Below, in pieces: positions 7,455 to 9,557 of a DNA stretch of 9,557 bases. The position numbers and the translations under genes were made by a program. A model generated the notes under the pieces. The model was not told the origin of the DNA. It saw nothing but the letters and a program-made list of their open reading frames with translations, and did not search any database. Position 1 is the first letter of the stretch; each line of letters opens with the position of its first letter. This stretch comes from Amoebophrya sp. A120 (lineage: Eukaryota > Protista > Dinoflagellata): assembly GCA_905178155.1 (NCBI GenBank), contig CAJINV010000090.1, positions 1 to 9,557 on the forward strand, given 5' to 3'.

Positions 7455-9311
7455 TCAGTTTCGCTTCATCCCGGTGCTAATGCATGTCGGCCGCATAATA
7501 GGCCAACGCGGGAGACAAACGCTATCGGGAGAAGTAACCGCCTGGTTGCGGTACCGCTGGGCGGAGGCAATTGCCTGCCACCCTCCAATGTGCATAATCT
7601 TCTCGTCACTTTCACCCGCGTCGGCAGCGCTCATGGCGCCTCCTACGCGCCAGCTCCTTGGGTTGAAAGCCTTGCGCCCACGTAATCCTTCCACCGCGGG
7701 GTTCGCTATGCCCGCGAGTCCTAGAAGTTCGTCAAGGCAGTGTGCGTACTGCTGGGGCCGCACACGTCGCATCTGGTTCGACGCGTCCGTCGAAAGGCAA
7801 TGTACCGGGCACACCGGCACAAAGTTAAAATTGCTCGGAAAATCTCCGCAGCAACATTCGAACGGGACCTCGCGCCCGTGCCCTACTTGATCCGTCTTCG
7901 TGGATGTCACGACGTATTTTATCGCCGCGTCGTCAATCGACGTGATTCTATCCGTGAGGACCAACTCCTCCGGCCTCAGCATGCAGAACCAGGCCGCGAT
8001 TAGCCACTCAACGAAAAACTTGACCGGCAGCTTCAGTCCTCCACCTAAATCGAACTTCGCCGTCTTGCACGCTTCGGCAACCTCAACGAAGTGCAAGACA
8101 TGCGAAAGGCGAAAGCCAACCTCCGAGTGCGGCTTCTCGGCCACCTGTCTCAACATCCCGCTGTGGGTGCGGAAGGCTGCCGCAACCTCCGGCGCTAGGG
8201 GCCGCAGCTTGTCCAACACACTTTTGACGTAGGACATGTAGACGGCCCGCGATTGTCTAAAATCGCTGCAGTAGAGGAAGGCGTCGCCTAAGAGCTCCAC
8301 CGCATAGGGCGTCACCACCCTCGGGTCTAAGTCGCACTCTATCAGCAGCTCGACGTACTTGGAGTACACTCTTTTGTAACTCTTCAGCGACTTCTCGTTG
8401 CATCTGTGATCGATGCTACGCGGCAGCTGTGCCCAGGAAAGGTTGATGATTTGCTGAAGATGGCCCTTCCACCGTGACCCCCCTTCGGGATGAGAGAGGC
8501 GGCCATCCGCTTTGTCCCGCTGAACTTCTAACTGCATCCGCTTAACTGCTTCCGCCCAAGAGCACGGCGGGAGCTCTGGGCGCCTGGACTTGTTAACTAT
8601 TAGCCTACCGGGCAGGTTATCTGCCACCGCCGCTCTTGCCATTTCTCCATCCCTATTCCAGATGGTACTAAATTTATTCGGAGCTGCTTGCGCCGAAATG
8701 TCAGACTTTTCTTTGAGCCCGAGCCGTGCCAGCTTGCCCTCATGCTGCGGCGCTCCCGGCTGAGTTTCCTTTTTCGACCGAGATGAGGCTTGCAGTGAGC
8801 TACTACTGGACTGGCCGAGCGTAGCTCTTGTGTAGCTACTGCTGGTCTTGAAGCTAAGTGAAGTAAGTCCATCCGCACTAGTGTGCTGTAGCTGTAGCGA
8901 GGACGCCCCACTCGCCTGCTCGAAGGAGAAACTTTTATTCTGCTCCGAGTTAAAATGCGCGGCGGCTAGTGCCGCAGGGACAATGTCCTCCAGCAAACCT
9001 AAACTGGAGGACGGCGCAACGCTGCCCAGGCTTTTTGTTTTACTGCTTGCGTTGGTCTGGCCACACTGGTCGCGACCTTCTCTTGTATACGACTGCTTTT
9101 TTAGTGCTGGCTCCAGCCCAGTGCTACTACTACTACCACTCGACGAGGCTGCCGCGCTTTTTGGTTGTGGCGGCGGTGGGATGGGAGGGCGCTTTACTAC
9201 TATTGCCCGGGGGTCATTCAGAAAGACTGACAACTGCGGAGGCAGAGGCGGCGGCACTGGTACTTCTGGCCGCACATGCTCCGCGCGGTACTTCTGTTTC
9301 GCGGTGCGCAT
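7455..9311 (-). CDS. Tyrosine recombinase (DIRS-type) with long Pro/Ser-rich N-terminal extension
   Basis: Catalytic pattern R446 (MLRPEE), K472 (TKTDQVGHG), CPV motif, R552-S-W-R555-VGGA (the HxxR box), W578 (IGGW) and Y587 (AQRY). A helical core-binding-like region (SLKSYKRVYSKY...) precedes it. Confidence 0.92.
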   Translation of the reverse strand: MRTAKQKYRAEHVRPEVPVPPPLPPQLSVFLNDPRAIVVKRPPIPPPPQPKSAAASSSGSSSSTGLEPALKKQSYTREGRDQCGQTNASSKTKSLGSVAPSSSLGLLEDIVPAALAAAHFNSEQNKSFSFEQASGASSLQLQHTSADGLTSLSFKTSSSYTRATLGQSSSSSLQASSRSKKETQPGAPQHEGKLARLGLKEKSDISAQAAPNKFSTIWNRDGEMARAAVADNLPGRLIVNKSRRPELPPCSWAEAVKRMQLEVQRDKADGRLSHPEGGSRWKGHLQQIINLSWAQLPRSIDHRCNEKSLKSYKRVYSKYVELLIECDLDPRVVTPYAVELLGDAFLYCSDFRQSRAVYMSYVKSVLDKLRPLAPEVAAAFRTHSGMLRQVAEKPHSEVGFRLSHVLHFVEVAEACKTAKFDLGGGLKLPVKFFVEWLIAAWFCMLRPEELVLTDRITSIDDAAIKYVVTSTKTDQVGHGREVPFECCCGDFPSNFNFVPVCPVHCLSTDASNQMRRVRPQQYAHCLDELLGLAGIANPAVEGLRGRKAFNPRSWRVGGAMSAADAGESDEKIMHIGGWQAIASAQRYRNQAVTSPDSVCLPRWPIMRPTCISTGMKRN

Positions 9312-9462
9312 TTTAGGTGTACTTGCCTATGGACGAACTACAAGGGGTGGGTATGTGGGGGGAGAAAAAATTTCTCACAAAAGTTCAGCCAGCTACTGAT
9401 GGCTTGAACTAGCTATCAATCCCTTACCTATATGATCTGTTTTCAGCCTTGATTACTAACCA

Positions 9463-9557
9463 TTATAGACCAAACCTAGCCAGCCTACTATAAAAATCGT
9501 AATCTCGTAGCTGAACACAGATCATCCCAAAACTCCAGCTACCGCTGTTCGTACTTG
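9463..9557. repeat. 95-bp terminal direct repeat, right copy
   Basis: Exact copy of 1..95, flush with the window end. Confidence 0.97.

Larger units (their letters stand above)
1..9557 (-). mobile_element. Tyrosine-recombinase (DIRS/Ngaro/PAT-class) retrotransposon, complete unit, circularly permuted
   Basis: Co-oriented Gag-like, RT-RNase H and tyrosine recombinase ORFs, with no DDE integrase or protease motif seen. The window ends are identical, so the order around the circle is gag > RT/RH > YR. Confidence 0.9.

Noticed and set aside
9125-9136. (TAC)4 microsatellite
   Set aside because: It simply encodes a poly-Ser run in the recombinase N-terminus.
7474-9399. Plus-strand ORFs opposite the recombinase (and likewise 5541..6241 opposite gag)
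   Set aside because: Antisense shadow ORFs with no independent support.

Overview
The window is one complete, circularly permuted unit (9,462 bp plus a 95-bp terminal overlap) of a eukaryotic tyrosine-recombinase (YR) retrotransposon of the DIRS/Ngaro/PAT class. Three minus-strand genes are supported: a Gag-like coiled-coil/CCCH zinc-finger protein (5477..6343), a reverse transcriptase-RNase H (572..2989) and a tyrosine recombinase with a long low-complexity N-terminus (7455..9311). Read around the circle they give the usual gag > RT/RH > YR order, but as separate ORFs with long spacers. Between gag and RT lies a 1,263-bp non-coding insert (3859..5121) with 21-bp terminal inverted repeats (TIRs) and a near-perfect 8-bp target-site duplication (TSD). 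The insert is unusual in four ways: a long hairpin sits exactly on its symmetry axis, mirrored arrays of 12-bp TAAT units flank that hairpin, its arms are strongly T-poor on the + strand, and the only two TIR mismatches place a GT donor and an AG acceptor on the element's sense strand (introner-like). The host cannot be determined from the sequence alone. From memory the proteins resemble dinoflagellate/alveolate YR retroelements, which is unverified.
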